Assembly (NCBI GenBank): GCA_964405015.1 | Contig: CAYOME010000001.1 | Location: forward strand, 10,943 to 74,942 | Origin: an uncultured Candidatus Saccharibacteria bacterium | GTDB lineage: Bacteria; Patescibacteriota; Dojkabacteria; SC72 | Length of the DNA stretch: 64,000 nt | Direction: 5' to 3' | Shown here: piece after piece, positions 7,730 to 17,178 of the stretch | Layout: every line of letters begins with the position of its first letter | How positions within the stretch are numbered: the stretch's first letter is position 1 | The notes under the pieces: model-generated | The model's database searches: none | Told to the model about the DNA's origin: nothing | What the model saw: only the letters and a program-made list of their open reading frames with translations | Position numbers and translations under genes: made by a program

Positions 7730-10700
7730 ATGTTTACACATTTACATCTGCATACAGAGTATTCTCTGTTGGATGCTACAACTCGTATATATTCTCTTGT
7801 AGAAAAGCTTAATGCAAGTGGTATGAAATCTTGCGCACTTACAGATCATGGGAATATGTATGGCGTTATGAAATTCAAAAGTGCGATGAAGGATGCAGGT
7901 CTTAAACCTATCATTGGGTGTGAGATATATATTTCTCCAAGAGAAATGCAACAGAAAGATTTTGGAATAGATAACAAGTATAACCATTTGGTATTACTGG
8001 CTAAAAATCAGGTAGGTTACAAAAACTTAATGAAGATCGTATCTGTTGCACACATGGAAGGCTTTTACTACAAACCTAGAGTAGACTTTGAGACCCTCTC
8101 TAAACACTCTGAAGGCCTCGTTGCTCTCTCTGGATGTCTTGCAGGTCCGATATCAAAACCTCTTCTTAATGGCAACTACGATGATGCTCTAAAAGCGGCA
8201 AAAAAATATTCTGATCTTTACAAAGCCAACTTCTATATAGAAATTCAAAGGAATGGAATGGAAGAACAAAAGGTTGTTAATGATGGCTTGTTAAAAATCT
8301 CTAAGGAATTAGATCTTCCAATAGTGGCTACTTGTGATTCTCATTACTTAAATAAAGAAGATGCATATATTCAAGAAATACTTTGGTGCATTGGAGATGG
8401 TAAAACATGGGATGATCCAACTAGAAGAAAGATGCCTACAAACGAATTCTACGTTAAAACACCTGAAGAAATGGAAGAGCTTTTTAAAGACATTCCCCAA
8501 GCTATTGAAAACACACAGAAGATTTCTGATCAGATTGAAGAATTCGAAATTACATTCGGACGTATTGAGCCACATTATATGGATTTACCAGAAGGAGAAA
8601 CTTCAGCATCATATCTAAAAAAACTTACATATGAGGGTGCTAAAAAGAAATATGGAGAGGTAACCAAAGAGTTAGATGAAAGAATTCAGTATGAATTACA
8701 AATAATTGATGATAAGGGATACAATGATTACTTTCTGGTTGTACGTGACTTCGTACTTTTTTGTAGACAGAAAGGAATTGTTGTTGGTATGAGAGGATCT
8801 GGGTGTGGTTCCGTAGTTGCATATGCTACAGAAATTACGAATATTGAACCAATATCTTGGGAATTGTATTTTGAAAGATTCCTTAATCCTGAGAGAGACT
8901 CACCTCCAGATTTTGATATAGATATTGCAGATAAACGAAGAGATGAAGTAATACAATATACAATTGAAAAATATGGTATTGAGAATGTTAAACAGATAGG
9001 TACATTTAGTAAGTTACAAACGAGACAAGCTATTAAAGACGTTGGAAGAGTATTAGGGGTAGAACTTTCAGTTACAGATAAATTGGCAAAGATGGTTGAG
9101 ATCGTCTTTGGTAAAGCCAAGGATATTGATTACATGATTGAGCATAATCCTGAGTTTGCTGAGATAATTAATTCTTCTGAAAAGACATTAGAATTAGCAA
9201 AGATAGTGAGAAAGGTGTCTGGGGTTTGTAGAGGTACGTCGACTCACGCTTGTGGGATAATTGTTACACCTCATCCAGTAGTGGAATATTGTCCATTACA
9301 AAGAGATTCACATGGTGGAGGTATTGGGATGACACAGTTTGAAATGTCTGATATCGAATATGTAGGACTAATGAAATTTGACTTTCTCGGTCTTAGAAAT
9401 CTTAATGTTATAGGTGAAGCTGTAACAAAGATAAAGGTAAACAGAAATGAAGAGTTGGATCTTTTGGGGTTAAATCCTAAGGATAAAAAAGCCTTTGAGG
9501 TAATTCAAAGTGGTCACACAGTTGGAGTATTCCAAATGGAAAGTGAAGGTATGAAAAGAAGTATTAGAGCATTACAACCTGAAACCCAGGAAGACATATG
9601 TTACCTTCTAGCAGCATATCGTCCCGGACCAATGCAATATATTCCAGAATATGTAGCAGTAAAAAAAGGAGATCAAGAACCAGACTATGTATTTCCTGAA
9701 CTTAGTTCTGTACTTGAGGTTACCAATGGGGTTATCACTTACCAAGAGCAGGTTATGAAAATTGCACAGATTGTTGCAGGATATACTCTTGGTGCAGCAG
9801 ATCTACTTAGACGTGCAATGGGTAAAAAGAAAATGGAGATAATGGATAAAGAGAAACCGAAGTTTTTAGATGGTGCAAAAAAGAATGGTTTCGATGAAAA
9901 AGAGACTGAAAGACTTTGGGATAAATTAATACAATTTGCTAATTACGGTTTTAATAAAGCACATAGTGCTTCGTATGCTACTGTTGCATATTGGACTGCA
10001 TATCTTAAAGCACACTACCCACTAGAGTTCATGGCAGCATTGTTAGAAGGTGACTTGGATAACTTTGAGAGAGTAATAATTGATTTAAATGAATGTGAAA
10101 GGTTGGGTATTGATGTTTTACCTCCAACAATAAATCAAAGCAGAGTGTTTTTTACAATAGAGGGTGATAGCGGTATTAGATTTGGATTAGGAGGTATAAA
10201 AAATGTAGGTGAGGATGTCGTTAAAACTGTTGTAAAAGAGAGAAAAGAGAATGGACTGTATACAAGCTTAGATGATTTCATTGAGAGGGTTGCTAAAAAG
10301 GGAGTACAAAAGAGAGCTATTGAATATCTAATAATGGCAGGAACCATGGATGAATTTGGTGATAGAGCTGCCTTACTTCAAGTAGCTCCACAAATATTTG
10401 AAAGAGCAAAGAAGAGCAATTCTGCTCGTAATATTGGCCAGATAGATATATTTTCCCTTTCAGGAGATACGGGCTCTGTACCAGAAGTTTCTGTTACACC
10501 TTTACCAGATGTAGAAAAGACACCTAAGTTTCAAACATTACAATGGGAGAAAGAGCTTCTTGGTTTGTACTTTTCTAGTCATCCTTTAGATAATTTACAG
10601 GATTTCTTTGAATCTAAAAAAGTAATATCCGTTAAAGATGCTTTAGAAAAAAAGAATAGGGCTGTGGTAATACTTGGTGTAATGGTTAACAAAGTAAGAA

Positions 10701-11122
10701 AGATTACTACAAAGAAAGGTGATATGATGGCATTTCTAACAGTAGAAGATAAATCTGCAATAGCGGATGTAATTGTTTTTCCTCAAGGATATCAAGAAAT
10801 AAAAGATGTATTGCAAGAAGGTAAACCAATATTAATAGCGGGTAGTATAAATGTAAAAAACGGAGAGAAGAGTATCATAATGGAAAAAGCAAAGTATATT
10901 GATGAATCTAAACATGGAGATAACTTTGATGGTGTAACATTTAGGATAAGGCCTACCCATACCGAGGAACAAATAAGAGATTTAAAAAAATATATCTCTG
11001 AATCTCAAGGGGATATTCCTGTAAAGATAATTGTAAATGAAGATGGGAAAAATAGATCAGTTATCTTAGAAAAAACAATTGCATTAAATAGTGAAACAAA
11101 GAAGTGGTTGAGGAAATTCTAA
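7730..11122 (+). CDS. dnaE: DNA polymerase III alpha subunit
   Basis: MFTHLHLHTEYSLLDATTRI PHP domain, then the polymerase core (GCGSVVAYATEIT, HACGIIV, NKAHSASYA) and a C-terminal OB fold; 1130 aa. Confidence 0.95.
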   Translation: MFTHLHLHTEYSLLDATTRIYSLVEKLNASGMKSCALTDHGNMYGVMKFKSAMKDAGLKPIIGCEIYISPREMQQKDFGIDNKYNHLVLLAKNQVGYKNLMKIVSVAHMEGFYYKPRVDFETLSKHSEGLVALSGCLAGPISKPLLNGNYDDALKAAKKYSDLYKANFYIEIQRNGMEEQKVVNDGLLKISKELDLPIVATCDSHYLNKEDAYIQEILWCIGDGKTWDDPTRRKMPTNEFYVKTPEEMEELFKDIPQAIENTQKISDQIEEFEITFGRIEPHYMDLPEGETSASYLKKLTYEGAKKKYGEVTKELDERIQYELQIIDDKGYNDYFLVVRDFVLFCRQKGIVVGMRGSGCGSVVAYATEITNIEPISWELYFERFLNPERDSPPDFDIDIADKRRDEVIQYTIEKYGIENVKQIGTFSKLQTRQAIKDVGRVLGVELSVTDKLAKMVEIVFGKAKDIDYMIEHNPEFAEIINSSEKTLELAKIVRKVSGVCRGTSTHACGIIVTPHPVVEYCPLQRDSHGGGIGMTQFEMSDIEYVGLMKFDFLGLRNLNVIGEAVTKIKVNRNEELDLLGLNPKDKKAFEVIQSGHTVGVFQMESEGMKRSIRALQPETQEDICYLLAAYRPGPMQYIPEYVAVKKGDQEPDYVFPELSSVLEVTNGVITYQEQVMKIAQIVAGYTLGAADLLRRAMGKKKMEIMDKEKPKFLDGAKKNGFDEKETERLWDKLIQFANYGFNKAHSASYATVAYWTAYLKAHYPLEFMAALLEGDLDNFERVIIDLNECERLGIDVLPPTINQSRVFFTIEGDSGIRFGLGGIKNVGEDVVKTVVKERKENGLYTSLDDFIERVAKKGVQKRAIEYLIMAGTMDEFGDRAALLQVAPQIFERAKKSNSARNIGQIDIFSLSGDTGSVPEVSVTPLPDVEKTPKFQTLQWEKELLGLYFSSHPLDNLQDFFESKKVISVKDALEKKNRAVVILGVMVNKVRKITTKKGDMMAFLTVEDKSAIADVIVFPQGYQEIKDVLQEGKPILIAGSINVKNGEKSIIMEKAKYIDESKHGDNFDGVTFRIRPTHTEEQIRDLKKYISESQGDIPVKIIVNEDGKNRSVILEKTIALNSETKKWLRKF

Positions 11123-11137
11123 GGTATAATACAGGGT

Positions 11138-12613
11138 ATGAATGAGAATATTAAATCAAAGTTAGAGAGCTTACCCAGTACTCCTGGTATTTACAAATTT
11201 CTTGGTAGTAAGAGTGAGATATTGTATATAGGTAAAGCCATTAACCTTAAGTCTAGGGTTTCTTCTTACTTCCGAGAAGAACATTTTGATAGACCAAGAA
11301 TTAGGCAGATGATGCCATTAGTTTTTGATCTTGAAATTAAAGAAACTAATAATGAGATAGAGGCATTAATATTAGAATCAGCTCTTGTTAAAGAGTATAA
11401 CCCACCTTTTAATTCTGATTTAAAAGATGGTAAATCATATGCTTGGATATATATATCTACCAAAGATGAATTTCCTACTGTAAAGATTGTAAGAAGCCTT
11501 AAGAAGGGTGAATACAAAAAGGGTAAGATGTTTGGTCCATATCCTAGTGGATATACGATTAAAAGAGTATATAAATATTTAAGAAGAATATACCCATTTT
11601 GTACATGTAAGAACAAAGATTGTAAGACCAATCTTGATTTCCATATTGGTCTTTGTCCTGGCCCATATGCCAATGCAATCTCTAAAGAGGATTACATGGA
11701 AAATATTAATAGCATTATTAGGTTCTTAAATGGTAAACAGAGTAACCATATTAAAAGATTAGAAAAAGAAATGAAGATATATTCAGAGTCTGAAGATTTT
11801 GAAAAGGCTGCTCAACTTAGAGATCGTATTAATGATTTAAAATATATTGGTGAGACAATAGATTTTACATATTACGATGATACACAAAGCTATCAAAGTA
11901 GAAGAGAGAAAGCTAGATTAAAGAGTTTTGATTCAATTGCATTAGAATTAGGTTTAAAAGATATGCATAGGATTGAATGTTATGACATATCAAATATGCA
12001 AGGTAAGAATGCATATGGTTCTATGGTTGTGGCAACTGATGGTCAATTAGTTAGATCCGATTACAGAATATTTAAGATTAGGAGTAAGGATACTCCAGAT
12101 GACCCAGGAATGTTAAAAGAAGTTTTGTTAAGAAGGTTAAAAAATATTGGATTAGGTATAGATGAGAGTTTAACTGTTAAGCCTGATTTAATATTAATAG
12201 ATGGTGGTATATCACAACTCTCTGTGGTGAAAGAATATGTTCCTTCTAATATTTCCCTTATGGGTATCTCAAAAGGTAAGCATATTAAAAGGTCTGGAGG
12301 GTTGAAAATGGATGAGTTTTGGTTTGTAAAGGGTGATGAGATATTAAGGAAGGATATAGATACTCCAGAGATATTAATAGATTTAAGGAATGAAGCTCAT
12401 AGATTTGCAATATCTCATTACAGAAGACAATCAATTAAGGTTACTAAAAGATCTATCCTTGATGATATTAAGGGTATTGGACCAAAGAAAAAGAAATTAC
12501 TAAAAGAAAAATATGGAAGCATCGATATGATTAAAGAGGCCTCTTTAGATGAACTATCTCTTCTTTTAAAAAACACTTCACTGGCTAAAACTCTTAAAGA
12601 AAAGATCTCCTAA
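11138..12613 (+). CDS. uvrC: excinuclease ABC subunit C (short form, 491 aa)
   Basis: GIY-YIG domain (PGIYKFLGSKSEILYIGKAINLKSRVSSYF), UVR domain (FEKAAQLRDRINDLKYI) and a C-terminal HhH (DDIKGIGPKKKKLLKEKYGSIDMIKEASLDEL). Confidence 0.9.
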   Translation: MNENIKSKLESLPSTPGIYKFLGSKSEILYIGKAINLKSRVSSYFREEHFDRPRIRQMMPLVFDLEIKETNNEIEALILESALVKEYNPPFNSDLKDGKSYAWIYISTKDEFPTVKIVRSLKKGEYKKGKMFGPYPSGYTIKRVYKYLRRIYPFCTCKNKDCKTNLDFHIGLCPGPYANAISKEDYMENINSIIRFLNGKQSNHIKRLEKEMKIYSESEDFEKAAQLRDRINDLKYIGETIDFTYYDDTQSYQSRREKARLKSFDSIALELGLKDMHRIECYDISNMQGKNAYGSMVVATDGQLVRSDYRIFKIRSKDTPDDPGMLKEVLLRRLKNIGLGIDESLTVKPDLILIDGGISQLSVVKEYVPSNISLMGISKGKHIKRSGGLKMDEFWFVKGDEILRKDIDTPEILIDLRNEAHRFAISHYRRQSIKVTKRSILDDIKGIGPKKKKLLKEKYGSIDMIKEASLDELSLLLKNTSLAKTLKEKIS

Positions 12614-13746
12614 TCTTTACTTCCCATAGGTTTAACATTTTCCAATATATATCCCAAAAGAGGATCATTTGTTTGTGTTGAAGAGAGAATATATATGTAA
12701 TTGTTAAAACCATTCGTTAGGACAACAACCTCAAGACTCTTTTCACCACTGGTTATGGTTCCCCTTAAGGAAGAGTATTCTCTAAAGGATGATTGTACTG
12801 TATTGAGAATAGAGTAGGTAGATTCTTCAGAGCTTTTCTTTTTACAGTAATCTTCTAAGTAATAGTCCAACGCTTTGTTTGTAACCTTCCCTATTGGATA
12901 TATTTCTACTATTTCATTACTTCCAAGTTTTTGAAATGAAACTGCTCTAAAGTCCTTAATATCTGTAGCACTATATTTAATAATATATTCTTTTGGGATT
13001 TGTATTTTCCAAGGAAAATCAGGAAGCAAATCTTGTTTGTCACTACTTGCCATTAACATTTCTCTTTCTATTTCCTCCTGTACCCTATTAGCTAATGCAG
13101 TTCTTGCCTCTTCTTCTGTAATACTTTCATACCAAATATCCTTAAATTTAGAATATATTCTTAAACCTCTCCCATCTTTGACCCAGTATTGTCCATACTT
13201 TTTATCTTCTGTTCCTAACGCGACCTCCATTACTAATTCCCATCCTTTTTCTGTTAATTCCTCTTTGTAGTATGTTTGTATTTTCTCAGTATCTACACTC
13301 TCAATTAATCTATATGCAGAATTTCCCGATGCTAAGAATTCTTTAACCACAGAATCCTCTAAGTTATTTTTAAATATGAATTCTGATCCTGGATATTCTG
13401 GAATATCTTCTAAACCTACAACTTCTCCAACAATATATGCTTCTTTATCAAATGCATTACTTCGAATGAAAGTGATATATCGTATTGAAAGATATATGAA
13501 TCCTCCAAGGAGCAATACTAGTAAGGGAACTATTAATATCTTGTAATTAATATTCCTTTTAATACCTCTTCCTGATCTATTACCTTTTTTTGTAAATATT
13601 TCTGGTAATTGAAATTTTTTCTTTCTTCTTACAATTGTTGGCCTTTTTGTATATGCTCTTGGCATAGTTATTGGACCTTTTGTAACTTTTTTTCTTGAAG
13701 AGATTCTCATTACAGATAGGTTACTGGTATTGTATAAATATTTCAA
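12610..13746 (-). CDS. hypothetical membrane-anchored protein with very basic N-terminus
   Basis: The N-terminal 60 aa are Lys/Arg-rich, followed by a transmembrane segment ILIVPLLVLLLGGFIYLSI and an extracytoplasmic domain. It overlaps the uvrC stop by 4 nt. Confidence 0.45.
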   Translation of the reverse strand: MKYLYNTSNLSVMRISSRKKVTKGPITMPRAYTKRPTIVRRKKKFQLPEIFTKKGNRSGRGIKRNINYKILIVPLLVLLLGGFIYLSIRYITFIRSNAFDKEAYIVGEVVGLEDIPEYPGSEFIFKNNLEDSVVKEFLASGNSAYRLIESVDTEKIQTYYKEELTEKGWELVMEVALGTEDKKYGQYWVKDGRGLRIYSKFKDIWYESITEEEARTALANRVQEEIEREMLMASSDKQDLLPDFPWKIQIPKEYIIKYSATDIKDFRAVSFQKLGSNEIVEIYPIGKVTNKALDYYLEDYCKKKSSEESTYSILNTVQSSFREYSSLRGTITSGEKSLEVVVLTNGFNNYIYILSSTQTNDPLLGYILENVKPMGSKD

Positions 13747-13756
13747 TTAATATTTT

Positions 13757-13848
13757 AAAAAGATTTCTTACGCAATCTTTTAATGTAAAAAAGATTCCTG
13801 ATGTAATCTTTTAATGATAAAAAAGATTTCTTACGCAATCTTTTAATG
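13757..13848. repeat. three tandem ~29-bp units (period ~31-32 bp), each an internal palindrome AAAAGATT-N8-AATCTTTT
   Basis: Units at 13757-13785 and 13820-13848 are identical (aaaaagatttcttacgcaatcttttaatg). The middle unit 13788-13816 has 5 substitutions. They are followed by a TATAAT at 13851-13856 and the tRNA-Gln 5' end at 13866. Confidence 0.7.
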
Positions 13849-13865
13849 ATATAATATTTTGCTTT

Positions 13866-13939
13866 TGCGGGATCGTCTAATGGTAGGACACCGGCCTTTG
13901 AAGCCGTGAATCATAGTTCGAATCTATGTCCCGCAACCA
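13866..13939 (+). tRNA. tRNA-Gln (anticodon TTG), CCA encoded
   Basis: Acceptor TGCGGGA/TCCCGCA (U1-A72), anticodon loop CTTTGAA giving UUG, and T-arm CATAG-TTCGAAT-CTATG; 74 nt. Confidence 0.85.
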
Positions 13940-14152
13940 ATTTTTCGCATTTTTAATACCACGTCAAAGCCTTGATTGCATGGGCTATTTCAATTTCAAA
14001 TTGGTTCGGAGTCCTAATTACTAGGTTTATGTCAACATTCGACTTTGCTGATTCTACTTATACTTTTCAAAGTTCGAATCCAAGTCACTATGCAACCTGT
14101 ACTGAGTATATGGTTGACTGTATATTACACTAGTTCGAGCCGTAGAAAACCG

Positions 14153-14434
14153 TTACTTTTTTCCTGTGGATTTGGTTCGAGCTTTCTTTGTGCCTGATTC
14201 ATAGGCATTTCTGCTCTCTTCGTTTTTTGCTCGCTCAGAGAATTCTTCCAACCAAACTTCATATTTGTCACCATATTTTTCTTTTTTACGTTTGTAGAAG
14301 TTTTGAATGGCTGTTCCAAAGTTTACGAGTCTATCCGAAAAAAGTTCTACTTCTTCATCCGTAAGTAAACGTTTATAACGTTTTTCAAAGATTTTACGAA
14401 CTAAATCTAGATATTCTTGAGAGAATCTACTCAT
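14153..14434 (-). CDS. hypothetical small basic protein
   Basis: MSRFSQEYLDLVRKIFEKRYKRLLTDEEVELFSDRL..., 93 aa. The track ORF is longer only through read-through of the divergent promoter region. Confidence 0.35.
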   Translation of the reverse strand: MSRFSQEYLDLVRKIFEKRYKRLLTDEEVELFSDRLVNFGTAIQNFYKRKKEKYGDKYEVWLEEFSERAKNEESRNAYESGTKKARTKSTGKK

Positions 14435-14492
14435 CTTTAATAAATGATAATTTATTATTTCATATTTTGATTGGAAAGGGTAAAATAGCAAT

Positions 14493-15962
14493 ATGAAAAC
14501 ATATATTATCGGAACAGGAGGAGTTGGAGGATACTTTGGAGGGAAACTAGCAAAGTCTGGGAATGATGTCACATTCGTTGCTAGAGGTGAGTTCTACGAG
14601 GCTATGAAGAAAGATGGATTAACCGTTAAAACAACAGATGGTGATTTCACAATCAATCCTGTACAAGTTATTGATAATATACCTAAAATTGAGAATCCCG
14701 ATTTAATCATTATTTCGGTAAAGACTTACGATACTCAAAGTATCGCAGAAGAACTAAATAGAGTTATTAGTCCTAATACGACTGTTATTACCTTCCAAAA
14801 TGGAATTGATAATGATAACCAAATTAAGAAGTATCTAAAACAAGGAAAAGTTTATGCAGGAGTTGCTTATGTTATATCTTCGAGAGAAAAGGCAGGTGTC
14901 ATTTTACAAACAGGTGGTTTAAAACGACTCGTATTTGGAGACAGGTCAAAAGTGAACCCCAAAGAGCTAAAAGATATCGAATTGTTATTTAAGAATGCTC
15001 AGATCGATACAATACTTTCAGACGACATAGAAAGAGATCTATGGAAGAAGTTTGCTTTTATCAATTCGTTTGCTGGTTTTACTGCTATATGTAGAACGAG
15101 TATTGGGAATATACGTAGTGAAGTGTTTACCTACAATTTGTACAAAGAAAGTATTAAGGAGACTATTTCAATAGCTAATTCATTAGGAATCAACCTCCCT
15201 GATACGATCTTTGATGATACAGTTAAGCTTACTGATAATACTACACCTGATTCAAAATCATCATTATTGATTGATATTGAGAATAATCGATTGACAGAAG
15301 TTGAAAGTCTTCAAGGAACGTTAGTTAAACTTGCAGAACAGCAGAAAGTTAATATTCCAATAATCAAGACACTCTACTCTGCTATTAAGACAGTAAATAA
15401 CCAGATTTTATTCAATCTAGTTGCTGAATATGTTGATAAATCTTTCGGAGAGAAATCTATGCATTTTGAAAGGACTGTTTATTGGTTACAGAAATTAGTT
15501 CCTCAAGCAGATTTAGCATTACAAATATCAGCATATGCACATGATATTCAAAGAGCATTTGCTCAAAAGGAAGCTCTAAAGAAAATTGAAAGTAGCGAAA
15601 ATGGATTTAAAGACGAAGAGTTTCTAAAAAATCACCAAGAAGAAGGTGGAAAATTAATGTACAAGTTCTTGAAAAAACATAGCCAAACGGATGATCTTGC
15701 AAACAGAGTTCAGTATCTTATCAGCAAACATGAAGTTGGAGGTGATGAAGATCAGAATATGCTTAAAGATGCAGATTCTATTAGCTATTTTGAATGTAAT
15801 GCAGACCATTTTGTAACAAAGTATGCTCCAATTCTTGGTACTGAAAAGGTAAAGAGCAAATTTGATTGGATGTTTGAACGAATTACAAGTGATCAGGCTA
15901 AACAGATAGCTGAGCCTATGTATAAAGAGGCACTGAATAAGTTATTAAGTCAAAATAAATGA
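14493..15962 (+). CDS. 2-dehydropantoate 2-reductase (ApbA/PanE) family protein fused to a ~170-aa C-terminal domain of unknown function
   Basis: N-terminal MKTYIIGTGGVGGYFGGKLAKSGNDVTFVARG Rossmann fold and ApbA_C-like helices to about residue 310. The C-terminal ~170 aa (AYAHDIQR...LISKHEVGG...LKDADSISYFE) have H/D-containing motifs not found in PanE. Confidence 0.6.
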   Translation: MKTYIIGTGGVGGYFGGKLAKSGNDVTFVARGEFYEAMKKDGLTVKTTDGDFTINPVQVIDNIPKIENPDLIIISVKTYDTQSIAEELNRVISPNTTVITFQNGIDNDNQIKKYLKQGKVYAGVAYVISSREKAGVILQTGGLKRLVFGDRSKVNPKELKDIELLFKNAQIDTILSDDIERDLWKKFAFINSFAGFTAICRTSIGNIRSEVFTYNLYKESIKETISIANSLGINLPDTIFDDTVKLTDNTTPDSKSSLLIDIENNRLTEVESLQGTLVKLAEQQKVNIPIIKTLYSAIKTVNNQILFNLVAEYVDKSFGEKSMHFERTVYWLQKLVPQADLALQISAYAHDIQRAFAQKEALKKIESSENGFKDEEFLKNHQEEGGKLMYKFLKKHSQTDDLANRVQYLISKHEVGGDEDQNMLKDADSISYFECNADHFVTKYAPILGTEKVKSKFDWMFERITSDQAKQIAEPMYKEALNKLLSQNK

Positions 15963-16519
15963 AGAATGCATTAATTCTACACGGAACTGATGGATATCCA
16001 ACAGAGAATTGGTTTGATTGGTTGAGAATTGAACTCGAAAAACAAAAGTATAAAGTTTGGGTTCCTCAACTTCCAGACTGTAATAAACCTAATATTGAAA
16101 AATACAACCAATTTATCTTATCAAACAAAGATTGGAACTTTGATAATGAAAGCACAATTGTTGGACATTCATCTGGTGCAGTTGCAATATTGGGTCTGTT
16201 AGAAGCATTACCAGATAACGTTGTCGTAGATACATGTTATCTAGTAGGATCATTTAAAAATAATCTTGATTGGGATGCATTAGATGATCTTTTTCTTAAA
16301 CCATTTGATTTTGAAAAGATAAAAAGAAAGGCAAATAAATTCGTTTTTATACACTCTGATAATGATCCCTACTGTCCATTAGATCATGCACAGTATTTAA
16401 GAGAAAAGCTTAATGGAACTTTGATATTACTGAGAGGTCAAAAACACTTTAGTATTGGAACCGCAGGTGAACAATATAAGGAATTTCCATTCTTACTTGA
16501 TTTAATTGTTAATAATTAA
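15959..16519 (+). CDS. RBBP9/YdeN-like serine hydrolase (alpha/beta fold)
   Basis: ALILHGTDGYPTENWFDWL...IVGHSSGAVAIL shows the GHSSG nucleophile elbow in the Ser_hydrolase arrangement. Start overlaps the upstream stop by 4 nt. Confidence 0.65.
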   Translation: MKNALILHGTDGYPTENWFDWLRIELEKQKYKVWVPQLPDCNKPNIEKYNQFILSNKDWNFDNESTIVGHSSGAVAILGLLEALPDNVVVDTCYLVGSFKNNLDWDALDDLFLKPFDFEKIKRKANKFVFIHSDNDPYCPLDHAQYLREKLNGTLILLRGQKHFSIGTAGEQYKEFPFLLDLIVNN

Positions 16520-17178
16520 TGGATATTATCAAAGTATTTGTAAATTCAGAAGGTAAGTATGGAAATCCTGTTGGGATAATTATTGATGAAGGCAAAACTA
16601 TATCAAATCAAAAACGTCAACAAACTGCCACTACATCTGGGTTAAGTGAGATTGTGTTTATTAATGATCTCAAAACAAACGACATTAGCATATTCAGTCC
16701 AACGAAAGAAATACCTTTTGCAGGTCATGCTGTAATAGGAACAGCCTTTTTCATTGAAAAACAGAAATCAAGCCAGATAACAAAGATAATAAGTATGAGC
16801 ATAAATATTGATGTTAAACACGAGGGCGAAAGGATCTGGGTACAAGCAGAATTATCTAAGATGCCTGATTGGAATTTTAAACAACTCAATTCAGCAAGTG
16901 ATGTTGAAAAACTAACAATCTCAAGCACAACTGATTTTGAGCATTGTGTTGTTTGGTCTTGGATAAATGAAGAAGAAGGAATTATACGAGCGAGAACATT
17001 TGCCCCTGATTGGCTAATACCTGAAGATGAGGCTAATGGTTCTGGATCGCTATTATTAAGTACAAAACTTCAAAAAGAGATTAAAGTTATTCATGGGAAA
17101 GGTTCTGTAATTTTTGCTAAGCCTGTTGATTCTAAGTTTGGTGAAGTTGGTGGGTGTTGTAGTGGGTCTACTTTTTAA
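16519..17178 (+). CDS. PhzF-family isomerase-like protein (short)
   Basis: FVNSEGKYGNPVGIII...LSEIVFIN...FSPTKEIPFAGHAVIGTAFFI matches the PhzF N-terminal half; 219 aa. Confidence 0.55.
   Translation: MDIIKVFVNSEGKYGNPVGIIIDEGKTISNQKRQQTATTSGLSEIVFINDLKTNDISIFSPTKEIPFAGHAVIGTAFFIEKQKSSQITKIISMSINIDVKHEGERIWVQAELSKMPDWNFKQLNSASDVEKLTISSTTDFEHCVVWSWINEEEGIIRARTFAPDWLIPEDEANGSGSLLLSTKLQKEIKVIHGKGSVIFAKPVDSKFGEVGGCCSGSTF

Noticed and set aside
13757-13848. CRISPR array at the tandem repeats
   Set aside because: Only three units of ~29 bp separated by 2-3 bp, with no spacers, and each unit palindromic and AT-rich. This is a tandem operator-like repeat, not a CRISPR.
13995-14185. Additional functional tRNA genes downstream of tRNA-Gln
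   Set aside because: T-loop-like motifs are present, but no complementary acceptor, D or anticodon stems could be found, so no cloverleaf forms.
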